A model generated the notes under the pieces. The model did not search any database, was not told the DNA's origin, and was given only the letters and a program-made list of their open reading frames with translations. The translations under genes and the position numbers were made by a program. This document shows positions 43,412-51,835 of a stretch of 64,000 nt of DNA, piece by piece; position 1 is the stretch's first letter, and each line of letters begins with the position of its first letter. The stretch comes from Flavobacterium sp. (GTDB lineage Bacteria > Bacteroidota > Bacteroidia > Flavobacteriales > Flavobacteriaceae), in contig JASLDM010000060.1 in the NCBI GenBank assembly GCA_030151565.1, forward strand, positions 13,207 through 77,206, given 5' to 3'.

Positions 43412-46407
43412 GAATATCTGTTTTTTTTATTTTTCTTATTCATCTCTATGGCATTGCTCAACAGCGTCCTACTAAACAATTTACAACGGAAGAAGGACTA
43501 TTGTCTAATGATATCACTGCATTATGTGTAGACTCAAAAGGGCAGCTTTGGGTTGGTTCTAAAGCTGGATTAGCGTTAAAAACTCGTACTGGTTTTAGGC
43601 AAGATTTGGCATCTATACAATTTAAATTCAATAATGTAACAACGATTATTGAGGATTCTGATAAAGGGCTGTGGGTTGGTAGTTATGGACAGGGAATATT
43701 GTTTAAGAAGGAGGATCAATCAATTATAATTAATCAGAAGGATGGATTGATCTCAAATCGAATTAGACGCCTAAGAATTATTGATGAATTAGTTTACGTT
43801 GCTACCAATCAAGGGGTTTCGATAATTGATCGATCTGATTATTCTATTAGAAATCTGAGAGTTATTAAAAGTCCTGATTTTGATTTTGAAGTAACGGATT
43901 TTTTTAAAAATCAGGGCAAGATTTATGTAACAACTATAAATAACGGATTGTTCGAAATATCTGATGATAAACTTATTGCTGTAGCGAAATACAATCGAAT
44001 TTTTTCAGCCTTGACAACAAAAGAAGGTGTTTTTTTAGGTGCTGAAAATGACTTGTTAAAATTAGATTTAAAAGAATTACAGATTGTTGATAATTTTCCA
44101 ATTCCTCAATCTTGGGAAGGAATTGAATTGGATTCTACATATTTATGGGTCGGATCAAGTATTTATAGCAGTAAGGGGGGGCTTTATTCTTTGAGTAAAG
44201 GCAAAGGTGATTTTTCAAAGGTAAAAGACTTTACCAATGAAGATTTACAAACACTTGTATATGATCATGAAAAAGATTTTTTATATATAGGTACAAAAGA
44301 AAATGGTTTATTTGAGACTGCTTGGAAAGCACCAGTGAAGAAATTCTTAGCAGGAGAGAAAATTGTTGCGGTTTTTTTAACAGGAGGACAGCGAATTACT
44401 ATAAAGGACAATGAAATTATTTTTACTAATTCAGAAATAGAGTATTCAGTTTCAGCTAAAGATTTAAAAAAATATCATCAAGCGCATCATATTAATTTTA
44501 AAAGAATTTCAACACAATCAAATCATTTTTTTGAGATTGAACATAATTTACCAGCAGAAAAAATAACAATTTATCAAGCAGAGTTACAAGATAATAAATT
44601 ATGGATTGCTACAAATTTAGGGGTTTTTACCTTAGGACTAAATACTGAAATTAAAGGATATTTTCCCATTCATACTTATAATTTTGCACTGTTTCAAGGA
44701 AAATTTATAGAGACGAACCCATATGGAGGAGTTCGGATTTATGAAGATATTGAAAAAATGAGATATCGCTATTTTCACGAACAAACAGATGTGAATATAC
44801 CTAGAAATATAGTTTCAATTGCTCAAGATGTTAATACAGTTTATTTTGCGAGTGCTTTAGATGGACTTTATATTTATCGGTCTGGGAAATTTACATCCTT
44901 GTTAGAAGCTGGGATATTTAAGGAAGCTAAATTGCGTAAAGTTACTGTTTTAAGAAAAAATGTTATAGTTGTAGCAACTGATTTTAATGATATTTATGAA
45001 ATTGATTTTTCAAAGGAGAAAGCTGTATCAGGAATGATTGTATCTCATAAGAAAATCAAGGGAAGTGAAATTAATTTTTTAAAAGCAGATAAAAAAAAGC
45101 TTTTTATAGGTACCAATTTAGGTTTAAATATTCTAGATAATAAAAAATTTTATTTTCTAGATAAAGAGCAAGGATTAGATTTTACTACAATTTATTCGGG
45201 TCAATTTTATGCTAATAATTTATATTTAGCGACTTCTTCTGGATTTTATACAATTGACGTTTCAGCATTTAAATATCGTAAAAACAATATTAAACCCTTA
45301 ATCTCAAGAATTAAGATTAATGATTATTTTTGGGAAGCATCTAAAATAAAAGCTGTAATCGCTGCGCCAGAAGAATCAATTGATTTAAGATATTCCGAGA
45401 ATAATATTCGAGTTTATTTTGATTTGTTGGGAGTGAAGTATCCAGGAAAGCTCCAATTTTATTATAGGTTAAAGAAACAGGAAAAATGGAATCTACTGTC
45501 TGAAATGGATCGTATTGATCTTCATTATTTAAAACCTGGTAAATATGAATTAGAATTACGAATTAAAGACTTAGATTCAGCTGAAGATGAACATTTTTTA
45601 TTAGGAACGTTTCAAATACATCCGCCGTTTTATAATAGTACTCCTTTTTTAGCGATGCTTTTGTTGTTGTCGTTGTTGATCGGAGTATTGATTTTTAAAC
45701 GTTATGCATATCTTTTAAAGCGCAAACAGAGAAGGTTGCAAGAAATTGAGAGATTGAAAGCAGAAGAAGAGCGTAAACAACTTATTTTTGAAAGTCGTTT
45801 TGCTGAAGTTCGACTTCAAGCTTTGCGTAGTCAAATGAATTCACATTTCTTATTTAATGTTCTAAGTAGCTTGCAATACTATATTTTAGGGGAAGAAATG
45901 GATAAGGCGCTTTATTATTTAGATCAATTTGCTAAATTAATACGTTTAACCTTGGCTTATGCTTCTAAAGAATTCATTAGTTTGGAGGAAGAATTGGCAT
46001 ATTTAAAACGATATTTAGAGATTGAGAATTTAAGATTAAACCCTGAAGTGAAATTGCGAATTAAACATAATAAAAATCTGGATTTACAAGAAATCAAGAT
46101 CCCTCCTTTATTATTACAACCTTTTGTAGAAAACAGTTTGATTCACGCTTTTACACCCGCAATTGAAAATCCTGAAATAGTCATCTATATTGAGTCGGTG
46201 GAAGAAGGAATAGAAATTAGAATACTAGATAATGGAATTGGTATACAAACGGATAGTAAATCGGTTCATGAATCCATGGGATTGCAAATTGTAGAAAAGC
46301 GTATGCAGTTGATACACGGTTGTTTTGATCCAAATAAAGATATTAAGTCGTCTGAAAACGGAACTGAAATATACTTATTTCTTGGAAAAAATGGGCTTAC
46401 TCATTAA
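43408..46407 (+). CDS. sensor histidine kinase: periplasmic two-component-regulator beta-propeller repeats plus Y_Y_Y, one TM, LytS-type His_kinase plus HATPase
   Basis: It has a signal peptide and repeated GLWVGS/LWVGS propeller blades. The Y_Y_Y region is KLQFYYRLKK...LKPGKYELELR and the TM is FLAMLLLLSLLIGVLIF. The kinase motifs are NSHFLFNVLSSL and LLLQPFVENSLIHAF. The start overlaps the RR stop (ATGA). Confidence 0.88.
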   Translation: MRISVFFIFLIHLYGIAQQRPTKQFTTEEGLLSNDITALCVDSKGQLWVGSKAGLALKTRTGFRQDLASIQFKFNNVTTIIEDSDKGLWVGSYGQGILFKKEDQSIIINQKDGLISNRIRRLRIIDELVYVATNQGVSIIDRSDYSIRNLRVIKSPDFDFEVTDFFKNQGKIYVTTINNGLFEISDDKLIAVAKYNRIFSALTTKEGVFLGAENDLLKLDLKELQIVDNFPIPQSWEGIELDSTYLWVGSSIYSSKGGLYSLSKGKGDFSKVKDFTNEDLQTLVYDHEKDFLYIGTKENGLFETAWKAPVKKFLAGEKIVAVFLTGGQRITIKDNEIIFTNSEIEYSVSAKDLKKYHQAHHINFKRISTQSNHFFEIEHNLPAEKITIYQAELQDNKLWIATNLGVFTLGLNTEIKGYFPIHTYNFALFQGKFIETNPYGGVRIYEDIEKMRYRYFHEQTDVNIPRNIVSIAQDVNTVYFASALDGLYIYRSGKFTSLLEAGIFKEAKLRKVTVLRKNVIVVATDFNDIYEIDFSKEKAVSGMIVSHKKIKGSEINFLKADKKKLFIGTNLGLNILDNKKFYFLDKEQGLDFTTIYSGQFYANNLYLATSSGFYTIDVSAFKYRKNNIKPLISRIKINDYFWEASKIKAVIAAPEESIDLRYSENNIRVYFDLLGVKYPGKLQFYYRLKKQEKWNLLSEMDRIDLHYLKPGKYELELRIKDLDSAEDEHFLLGTFQIHPPFYNSTPFLAMLLLLSLLIGVLIFKRYAYLLKRKQRRLQEIERLKAEEERKQLIFESRFAEVRLQALRSQMNSHFLFNVLSSLQYYILGEEMDKALYYLDQFAKLIRLTLAYASKEFISLEEELAYLKRYLEIENLRLNPEVKLRIKHNKNLDLQEIKIPPLLLQPFVENSLIHAFTPAIENPEIVIYIESVEEGIEIRILDNGIGIQTDSKSVHESMGLQIVEKRMQLIHGCFDPNKDIKSSENGTEIYLFLGKNGLTH

Positions 46408-46550
46408 ATACAAGGTTTTACATTTTTATAATTCTTTAATTGACTGAAAATATGGATGTTTGTGTTGCTATAAAAGAAAATCTACTTTTTTAAGTGGAGA
46501 TTACAATTTGTTGTTTTTGAGTTCTGGCAATCTTCGCAAGAACTTATTTT

Positions 46551-46587
46551 AAGGGACTTGTTAATGGCTTTTCGAGTCCCTTTTTTT
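46551..46587 (+). terminator. intrinsic terminator 144 nt downstream of the histidine kinase stop
   Basis: The stem AAGGGACT / AGTCCCTT is followed by T7. Confidence 0.7.
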
Positions 46588-46683
46588 ACTTATTAATTAG
46601 TGTCAGCAACTTTTATTTGAGTAGAACTCAGCTTTAAGAACCAAACTTGGTCAGCAATAAATTCTTAATGCCAAATAAAAGAC

Positions 46684-46691
46684 TATTTTTG
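46684..46691 (+). promoter_or_regulatory. Bacteroidota -7 box (TATTTTTG) for the ABC-F gene
   Basis: It matches TAnnTTTG. It lies 17 nt upstream of GTG 46709. Confidence 0.35.
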
Positions 46692-46708
46692 TACCAAAGA
46701 CCAGTATA

Positions 46709-48565
46709 GTGAATTATTTATCAGTAGAAAATATATCGAAATCTTTTGGAGCACGTACGTTGTTCGAAGATATTTCCTTTGGAATCAATAAGGATCAAAA
46801 AGTAGCTTTTGTTGCTAAAAATGGAACAGGAAAGACTACGATTCTAAAAATTATTACAGGAGAAGATTTTCCTGATACCGGACAAGTGGTGATGCGAAAA
46901 GGAATCCGTATGGAGTTTTTATCTCAAGAGCCTAAGTTACAAGATGAATTAACGATTGAAGAAAGTATTTTTGCTTCAGATAGTGAAATTCTAAAAGTAA
47001 TTGAAGCTTATGAAAAAGCTTTAGAAAATCCAGAGGATGTTGATGCATATCAAGCTGCTTTTGAAAAAATGGAGCTGCATAATGCTTGGGATTTTGAAAC
47101 CCAGTATAAGCAGATTTTGTCCAAATTGAAAATGGATGACTTGAAACTAAAGGTGAAAAGTTTATCAGGAGGACAAAAGAAACGTTTGGCTTTAGCAATA
47201 ATTTTGATAAACAAGCCAGATTTATTGATATTAGATGAGCCAACAAACCATCTAGATTTAGAAATGATCGAATGGTTGGAGAATTATTTTGCCAAGGAGA
47301 ATATTACCTTGTTTATGGTTACTCACGACCGTTTTTTCTTAGAACGCGTTTGTAATGAAATTATTGAAATAGATAATGGTAAATTATATCAATATAAAGG
47401 AAATTATTCCTATTATTTACAAAAAAAGGAAGAGCGAATTGCTGCAGAAAATGCAAGTATTGACAAAGCTCAGAATTTATTCGTAAAGGAATTGTCTTGG
47501 ATGCGTCGTCAGCCAAAAGCGAGAACGACAAAATCCAAGTCACGTCAAGATGATTTTTATGTAATAAAAGAAAAAGCTCAAAGTCGCCGTATTGAACATC
47601 AGGTTGAATTAGAAATCAACATGGAACGTATGGGGAGTAAAATTATTGAGTTACATAAAATTTCTCAGAAATACGGTGATAAAGTTATTTTAGATAATTA
47701 TAGTTATACTTTCAATAGAGGTGAGCGAATTGGAATTATCGGGAAAAATGGAACAGGAAAATCTACCTATTTAAATATATTAACGCAAACACTTAAACCA
47801 GATAGTGGAAAGGTTGTTGTTGGAGAAACAATAAAGATCGGTTATTATACTCAAAGTGGAATTAATCCAAAGCCAGAGCAAAAAGTAATTGATATAATTA
47901 AGGAGTTTGGAGAGCAAATTCCCTTAACAAAAGGACGTATGATTTCAGCAGCTCAACTATTGGAACGATTCCTTTTTGATCGAAAAAAGCAACATGATTT
48001 TGTGGAGAAATTAAGTGGAGGAGAATTAAAGAGATTGTATCTGTGTACAGTGCTTATTCAGAATCCAAATTTCTTAATTCTAGATGAACCTACGAATGAC
48101 TTAGATATCGTTACTTTAAATGTGTTAGAGAGCTTCTTGTTAGATTACCCAGGCTGTTTGTTGGTGGTTTCTCACGACCGTTATTTTATGGATAAAATTG
48201 TAGATCATTTATTCGTATTTAGAGGGCAAGGTGTAATTGAAGATTTTCCAGGTAATTATTCGGATTTTAGAGCTTATGAAGATAGTGTAGAGCCAGTTAA
48301 AGAAGAGCCAAAGGAGAAAGTAAACTGGAAAGACAATCAGGTTAAGAAAGGGTTAACGTTTCAAGAACAAAAGGAGTATCAAAAATTAGAGCGTGAAATA
48401 AAGGACCTTGAAGAAGAGAAAGTGAAGATAGAAAGATTGTTTGCTGAAGGAAAAGTTAAAGACGAAGAAATCAATGCGAAAGCGGCAGAATTACAAAAGG
48501 TTTTAACAGGGATTGAAACACGTGAATTACGATGGTTTGATTTAGCAGCTAAATTAGAAGAATAA
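46709..48565 (+). CDS. ABC-F family ATPase (Uup-like, C-terminal coiled coil)
   Basis: There are two ABC cassettes (GKNGTGKTT / LSGGQKKRL / LILDEPTNHLD, and GKNGTGKST / LSGGELKRL / LILDEPTNDLD). There is no TM domain. It appears to use a GTG start. Confidence 0.92.
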   Translation: MNYLSVENISKSFGARTLFEDISFGINKDQKVAFVAKNGTGKTTILKIITGEDFPDTGQVVMRKGIRMEFLSQEPKLQDELTIEESIFASDSEILKVIEAYEKALENPEDVDAYQAAFEKMELHNAWDFETQYKQILSKLKMDDLKLKVKSLSGGQKKRLALAIILINKPDLLILDEPTNHLDLEMIEWLENYFAKENITLFMVTHDRFFLERVCNEIIEIDNGKLYQYKGNYSYYLQKKEERIAAENASIDKAQNLFVKELSWMRRQPKARTTKSKSRQDDFYVIKEKAQSRRIEHQVELEINMERMGSKIIELHKISQKYGDKVILDNYSYTFNRGERIGIIGKNGTGKSTYLNILTQTLKPDSGKVVVGETIKIGYYTQSGINPKPEQKVIDIIKEFGEQIPLTKGRMISAAQLLERFLFDRKKQHDFVEKLSGGELKRLYLCTVLIQNPNFLILDEPTNDLDIVTLNVLESFLLDYPGCLLVVSHDRYFMDKIVDHLFVFRGQGVIEDFPGNYSDFRAYEDSVEPVKEEPKEKVNWKDNQVKKGLTFQEQKEYQKLEREIKDLEEEKVKIERLFAEGKVKDEEINAKAAELQKVLTGIETRELRWFDLAAKLEE

Positions 48566-48584
48566 TAAGATATTTTAAATTATA

Positions 48585-48624
48585 AAAAAGCGTTTCTCTA
48601 TTTAAATAGAGAAACGCTTTTTTT
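48585..48624 (+). terminator. intrinsic terminator after the ABC-F gene
   Basis: A 13-bp stem (AGCGTTTCTCTAT / ATAGAGAAACGCT) is followed by T7. Confidence 0.85.
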
Positions 48625-49073
48625 ATATACTCAGAAATTATTTCTGAGATTTATAGTGGGAAATTTTGAAGAAAAAAAATATTTTTAGAACCTCATTTTT
48701 TGGATTTATAGCGTTAAAAATTAAGCATACTTTTTAAGATTAGAAGACTTAAAAAAGGACTTTATTTATTAATTTTTTTTTTTGATTTTTAAAGTAATTA
48801 ATTTGATTAAAAATAGCTTTTTTATTCTCGAAATGAAGGTGGAAAGAGCCGGATAAATCTAGTTTGCGCTATTAATTTAATAAAAATATTGTCTTGATTC
48901 AAAGATTTTAAGAATTTTTTAAATAACCGTAGGTTATTGTATTTCAGTGTGTTGAAGTTTGTTTTTGTTTAAAAAGGTTAAAATAGCCTCTTAAAAGTAG
49001 CTTTTTGATAAAATAAAAGTACCTTTGCCCTCAGAAATATCAAATTGTGACAGGGTTTGAGAAACTAGATTTA

Positions 49074-49736
49074 ATGAAAAAAAAATGTTCTTATTTTATT
49101 GGATTTGTCTTGTTAATTGGAGGCGTGTTTTCTGGATTTAAAAGTTATGAAGTAATACTTTTAGAACAGTACGTAATGGTGCCTACACAACCACTTTTTT
49201 ATGATGTAATGACCGAAGAAACGGCAAAACATTGTGAGCAATTAGAGGCTGTACAAAATACAACAGACATTCCATTCACCGGGAAATCATTCACCGGTTT
49301 TAAACAGGCTTTGGCCGTTAGAGAATCCCTTGGATTGTATTCGATTGTAAATCCATATGGCTATATGGGAAAATATCAATTTGGGAAAAGTGCTTTACGA
49401 TCTGTGGGGATTGAAGATACTTCTGATTTTTTAAAAAATCCCGTAAAGCAGGAGAAGGCCTTTAACGCGTTATTGGCAAAAAACAAGTGGGAGTTACGCA
49501 AAGAGATTAAAAAATATGTAGGAAAGCGTATTGGGGGTGTTCAAATAACTGAATCAGGTATCTTGGCAGCTGCACATTTAGGTGGTGCATATTCTGTAAA
49601 GAAATTTTTGATTAGTAATGGAAGCAACGGCTTTCGTGATGGTTTTGGTACATCTATCCATACTTATTTAAAGAAATTTGCAGGATACGATACTTCTCAT
49701 ATTATGGCTAACAGCAATCCAGTTGTTGTGATGTAA
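49074..49736 (+). CDS. membrane-anchored lysozyme-like / transglycosylase-like protein (family uncertain)
   Basis: It has an N-terminal TM anchor (YFIGFVLLIGGVFSGF). The segment ALAVRESLGLY...GYMGKYQFG...AAAHLGG resembles the catalytic-Glu plus GxxQ region of the lysozyme-like superfamily. The start is taken at ATG 49074. Confidence 0.45.
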   Translation: MKKKCSYFIGFVLLIGGVFSGFKSYEVILLEQYVMVPTQPLFYDVMTEETAKHCEQLEAVQNTTDIPFTGKSFTGFKQALAVRESLGLYSIVNPYGYMGKYQFGKSALRSVGIEDTSDFLKNPVKQEKAFNALLAKNKWELRKEIKKYVGKRIGGVQITESGILAAAHLGGAYSVKKFLISNGSNGFRDGFGTSIHTYLKKFAGYDTSHIMANSNPVVVM

Positions 49737-49756
49737 GTTGTGAGTGAATAATTTAA

Positions 49757-49791
49757 AAGAGGATTATAGTTTAAACTATGATCCTCTTTTT
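49757..49791 (+). terminator. intrinsic terminator after the lysozyme-like gene
   Basis: A 14-bp stem (AAGAGGATTATAGT / ACTATGATCCTCTT, with one G-U pair) is followed by a T-run. Confidence 0.8.
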
Positions 49792-49867
49792 GTTTTGAAA
49801 ATGAGATGTTTAAATGTGTGTATTAGAAAAAAAGCAAAAAAAAGGATTCTATTCAAAATAAGCTTTA

Positions 49868-49875
49868 TATCTTTG
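49868..49875 (+). promoter_or_regulatory. Bacteroidota -7 box (TATCTTTG) for the trp leader-trpB transcript
   Basis: It matches TAnnTTTG. It lies 19 nt upstream of the leader-peptide ATG. Confidence 0.45.
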
Positions 49876-49894
49876 TAGTCAGAAAAAAAACAAA

Positions 49895-49975
49895 ATGAAT
49901 TTGATTTTAACTAATACTTGGTGGTGGACTCAACTTACGTCAATACGTCGTGAGCAGTCCTCTATGTGTATATAG
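49895..49975 (+). CDS. tryptophan-operon-type leader peptide (26 aa, three consecutive Trp codons)
   Basis: My manual translation is ATG AAT TTG ATT TTA ACT AAT ACT TGG TGG TGG ACT CAA ... TAG = MNLILTNTWWWTQLTSIRREQSSMCI. It lies between a -7 box and an intrinsic terminator directly upstream of trpB. It is too short for the ORF track. Confidence 0.75.
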   Translation: MNLILTNTWWWTQLTSIRREQSSMCI

Positions 49976-50003
49976 TTGTTTTCAATTTTAAATATATATA
50001 TCT

Positions 50004-50036
50004 AAAAGGCTTGTCGTACGACAAGCCTTTTTTTTT
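50004..50036 (+). terminator. attenuator terminator upstream of trpB
   Basis: The stem GGCTTGT(CG) / (CG)ACAAGCC is followed by T9. It ends 24 nt before the trpB ATG. Confidence 0.8.
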
Positions 50037-50059
50037 GTGCAATTTTTAAATTTTATATT

Positions 50060-51241
50060 ATGAAGTATCAAGTAGATGCAAACGGGTTTTACGGAACCTT
50101 TGGCGGTTCTTTTGTCCCAGAAGCTTTAGAGCCCATTATTACAAAACTGCAAAAGTCTTATTTGGAGATGATGCTTGAGCCTGATTTTCAAAAGGAATTT
50201 CAACAGTTATTACAAGATTACGTAGGCCGACCAACACCTCTTTATTTTGCAAAGCAACTTTCGGCTAAGTACAATACAAAGGTTTATTTAAAACGAGAAG
50301 ATTTATGCCATACCGGCGCTCATAAAATAAACAATACGATTGGCCAGATTTTATTAGCACAGCGATTAGGTAAGCATAAGATTGTAGCCGAAACTGGTGC
50401 AGGACAACATGGAGTGGCAACAGCTACAGTTTGTGCATTAATGGGAATGGAGTGTATTGTATATATGGGAGCTTTAGATATAGAAAGACAAGCCCCAAAT
50501 GTTGCTCGAATGAAGATGTTAGGAGCGGAAGTTCGTGCAGCGAATTCTGGAGCGCAGACATTAAAAGAGGCTGTTGATGAGGCATTGTTATATTGGATTG
50601 AAAACCCTGATGATACTTATTATATTATCGGATCCGCTGTGGGGCCTCATCCTTATCCAGATATGGTTGCTCGATTTCAGTCAGTTATTTCTGAAGAAAT
50701 TCAAAAGCAGTTGTTGCTAAAGGAAGGAAGAGATTATCCAGATTATGTTATTGCTTGTGTTGGTGGAGGGAGTAATGCTGCAGGAGCTTTTTATCATTAT
50801 CTAAACCAAGATCAGGTTCAATTATTAGCTGCAGAAGGTGCGGGGGAAGGAGTGGACTCAAGTAAAACTGCCGCTACATCATTTGTTGGAACCGCAGGCG
50901 TATTGCATGGTAGTAGAACATTGTTTATGCAAGATGAAAAAGGAGAACCGTTAGAAGCATATTCGGTTTCAGCTGGATTAGATTATCCAGGTTTTGGACC
51001 ATTATATGCATTGTTGAAAGAAACGAATCGGGTAACTTTTTTTGGAGTAACAGATGATGAGGCTATGAATGCGGGACTTAATCTATGTAAAGAAGAAGGA
51101 ATTATTCCTGCCATTGAAAGCGCGCATGCATTAGCAGTTTTAGATCAGAAGAAGTTTAAACCAACGGATATAGTAGTGCTTAATTTATCTGGAAGAGGCG
51201 ATAAGGATTTAGAAAATTATCGTTCATTTTTTAATTTTTAA
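50060..51241 (+). CDS. trpB: tryptophan synthase beta chain
   Basis: The 393-aa product has the PLP-lysine region LKREDLCHTGAHKINN, then GAGQHGVATA and GGGSNAAG. Confidence 0.95.
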   Translation: MKYQVDANGFYGTFGGSFVPEALEPIITKLQKSYLEMMLEPDFQKEFQQLLQDYVGRPTPLYFAKQLSAKYNTKVYLKREDLCHTGAHKINNTIGQILLAQRLGKHKIVAETGAGQHGVATATVCALMGMECIVYMGALDIERQAPNVARMKMLGAEVRAANSGAQTLKEAVDEALLYWIENPDDTYYIIGSAVGPHPYPDMVARFQSVISEEIQKQLLLKEGRDYPDYVIACVGGGSNAAGAFYHYLNQDQVQLLAAEGAGEGVDSSKTAATSFVGTAGVLHGSRTLFMQDEKGEPLEAYSVSAGLDYPGFGPLYALLKETNRVTFFGVTDDEAMNAGLNLCKEEGIIPAIESAHALAVLDQKKFKPTDIVVLNLSGRGDKDLENYRSFFNF

Positions 51242-51317
51242 AAAAGAAGATTATGTGTTATTCTAGGTATAAATGAACGTTTTATATTCCGCACATTTAT
51301 AGAAATTCAAAAGGGAG

Positions 51318-51353
51318 GCCAGTAATTTATTTAAATGAATTACTGGCTTTTTT
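51318..51353 (+). terminator. intrinsic terminator after trpB
   Basis: A 10-bp stem (GCCAGTAATT / AATTACTGGC) is followed by T6. Confidence 0.8.
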
Positions 51354-51420
51354 AATAAATAGAGTTATCTTAGATTTTGAAGGATTACTAAAAGAGTAGA
51401 AAATATTTAAAGGATATATT

Positions 51421-51801
51421 ATGAAAGAAGTACAAGCGAGAATAGGAGAGCAAGCTTATAAGACGCTCATAAAGATGGGGAAGCATGAAGTTTTTGCAGA
51501 TGAACCTATTGTTTTAGGTGGGCAAGACTTAGCAGCAACACCTGCTGATTTATTAGTAGGATCATTGGCATCTTGTACGGTTATTACTTTAAAAATGTAT
51601 GTCAGTAGAAAAGATTGGGATATACATGAAATAATCGTTGATCTAAAATATGACTTGGATCAGCGCGTTGTTGAACGCGAGCTTACTATTGTAGGGACTA
51701 TAGATGATGCAATTAGGAAACGTATTTTGACCATTGCAAATAAATGTCCGATACATAAAATTTTAGAGCCTGTTTTAGAGATTAAAACAATCATTAAATA
51801 A
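51421..51801 (+). CDS. OsmC/Ohr family protein
   Basis: The product is 126 aa. Two conserved Cys contexts are present (SLASCTVITL and ANKCPIHKIL). Confidence 0.8.
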   Translation: MKEVQARIGEQAYKTLIKMGKHEVFADEPIVLGGQDLAATPADLLVGSLASCTVITLKMYVSRKDWDIHEIIVDLKYDLDQRVVERELTIVGTIDDAIRKRILTIANKCPIHKILEPVLEIKTIIK

Positions 51802-51828
51802 AGAAGTGTACTTTTAAGTACACTTCTT
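51801..51828. terminator. hairpin between convergent OsmC-family gene and fumC
   Basis: An 11-bp stem (AAGAAGTGTAC / GTACACTTCTT) is present. Confidence 0.65.
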
Positions 51829-51835
51829 TATCATT

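Larger units (their letters stand above)
49895..50036 (+). promoter_or_regulatory. ribosome-mediated transcription attenuator controlling trpB
   Basis: The WWW leader ORF is followed by a hairpin at 49926-49960 that begins in the last Trp codon. The terminator GGCTTGT/ACAAGCC plus T9 ends 24 nt before the trpB ATG. Confidence 0.7.

Noticed and set aside
48630-48648. The hairpin CTCAGAAA/TTTCTGAG contains a CTGAGA string, so it was briefly considered as a TPP-riboswitch fragment.
   Set aside because: None of the other conserved TPP-riboswitch elements are present, and the downstream gene is unrelated to thiamine.
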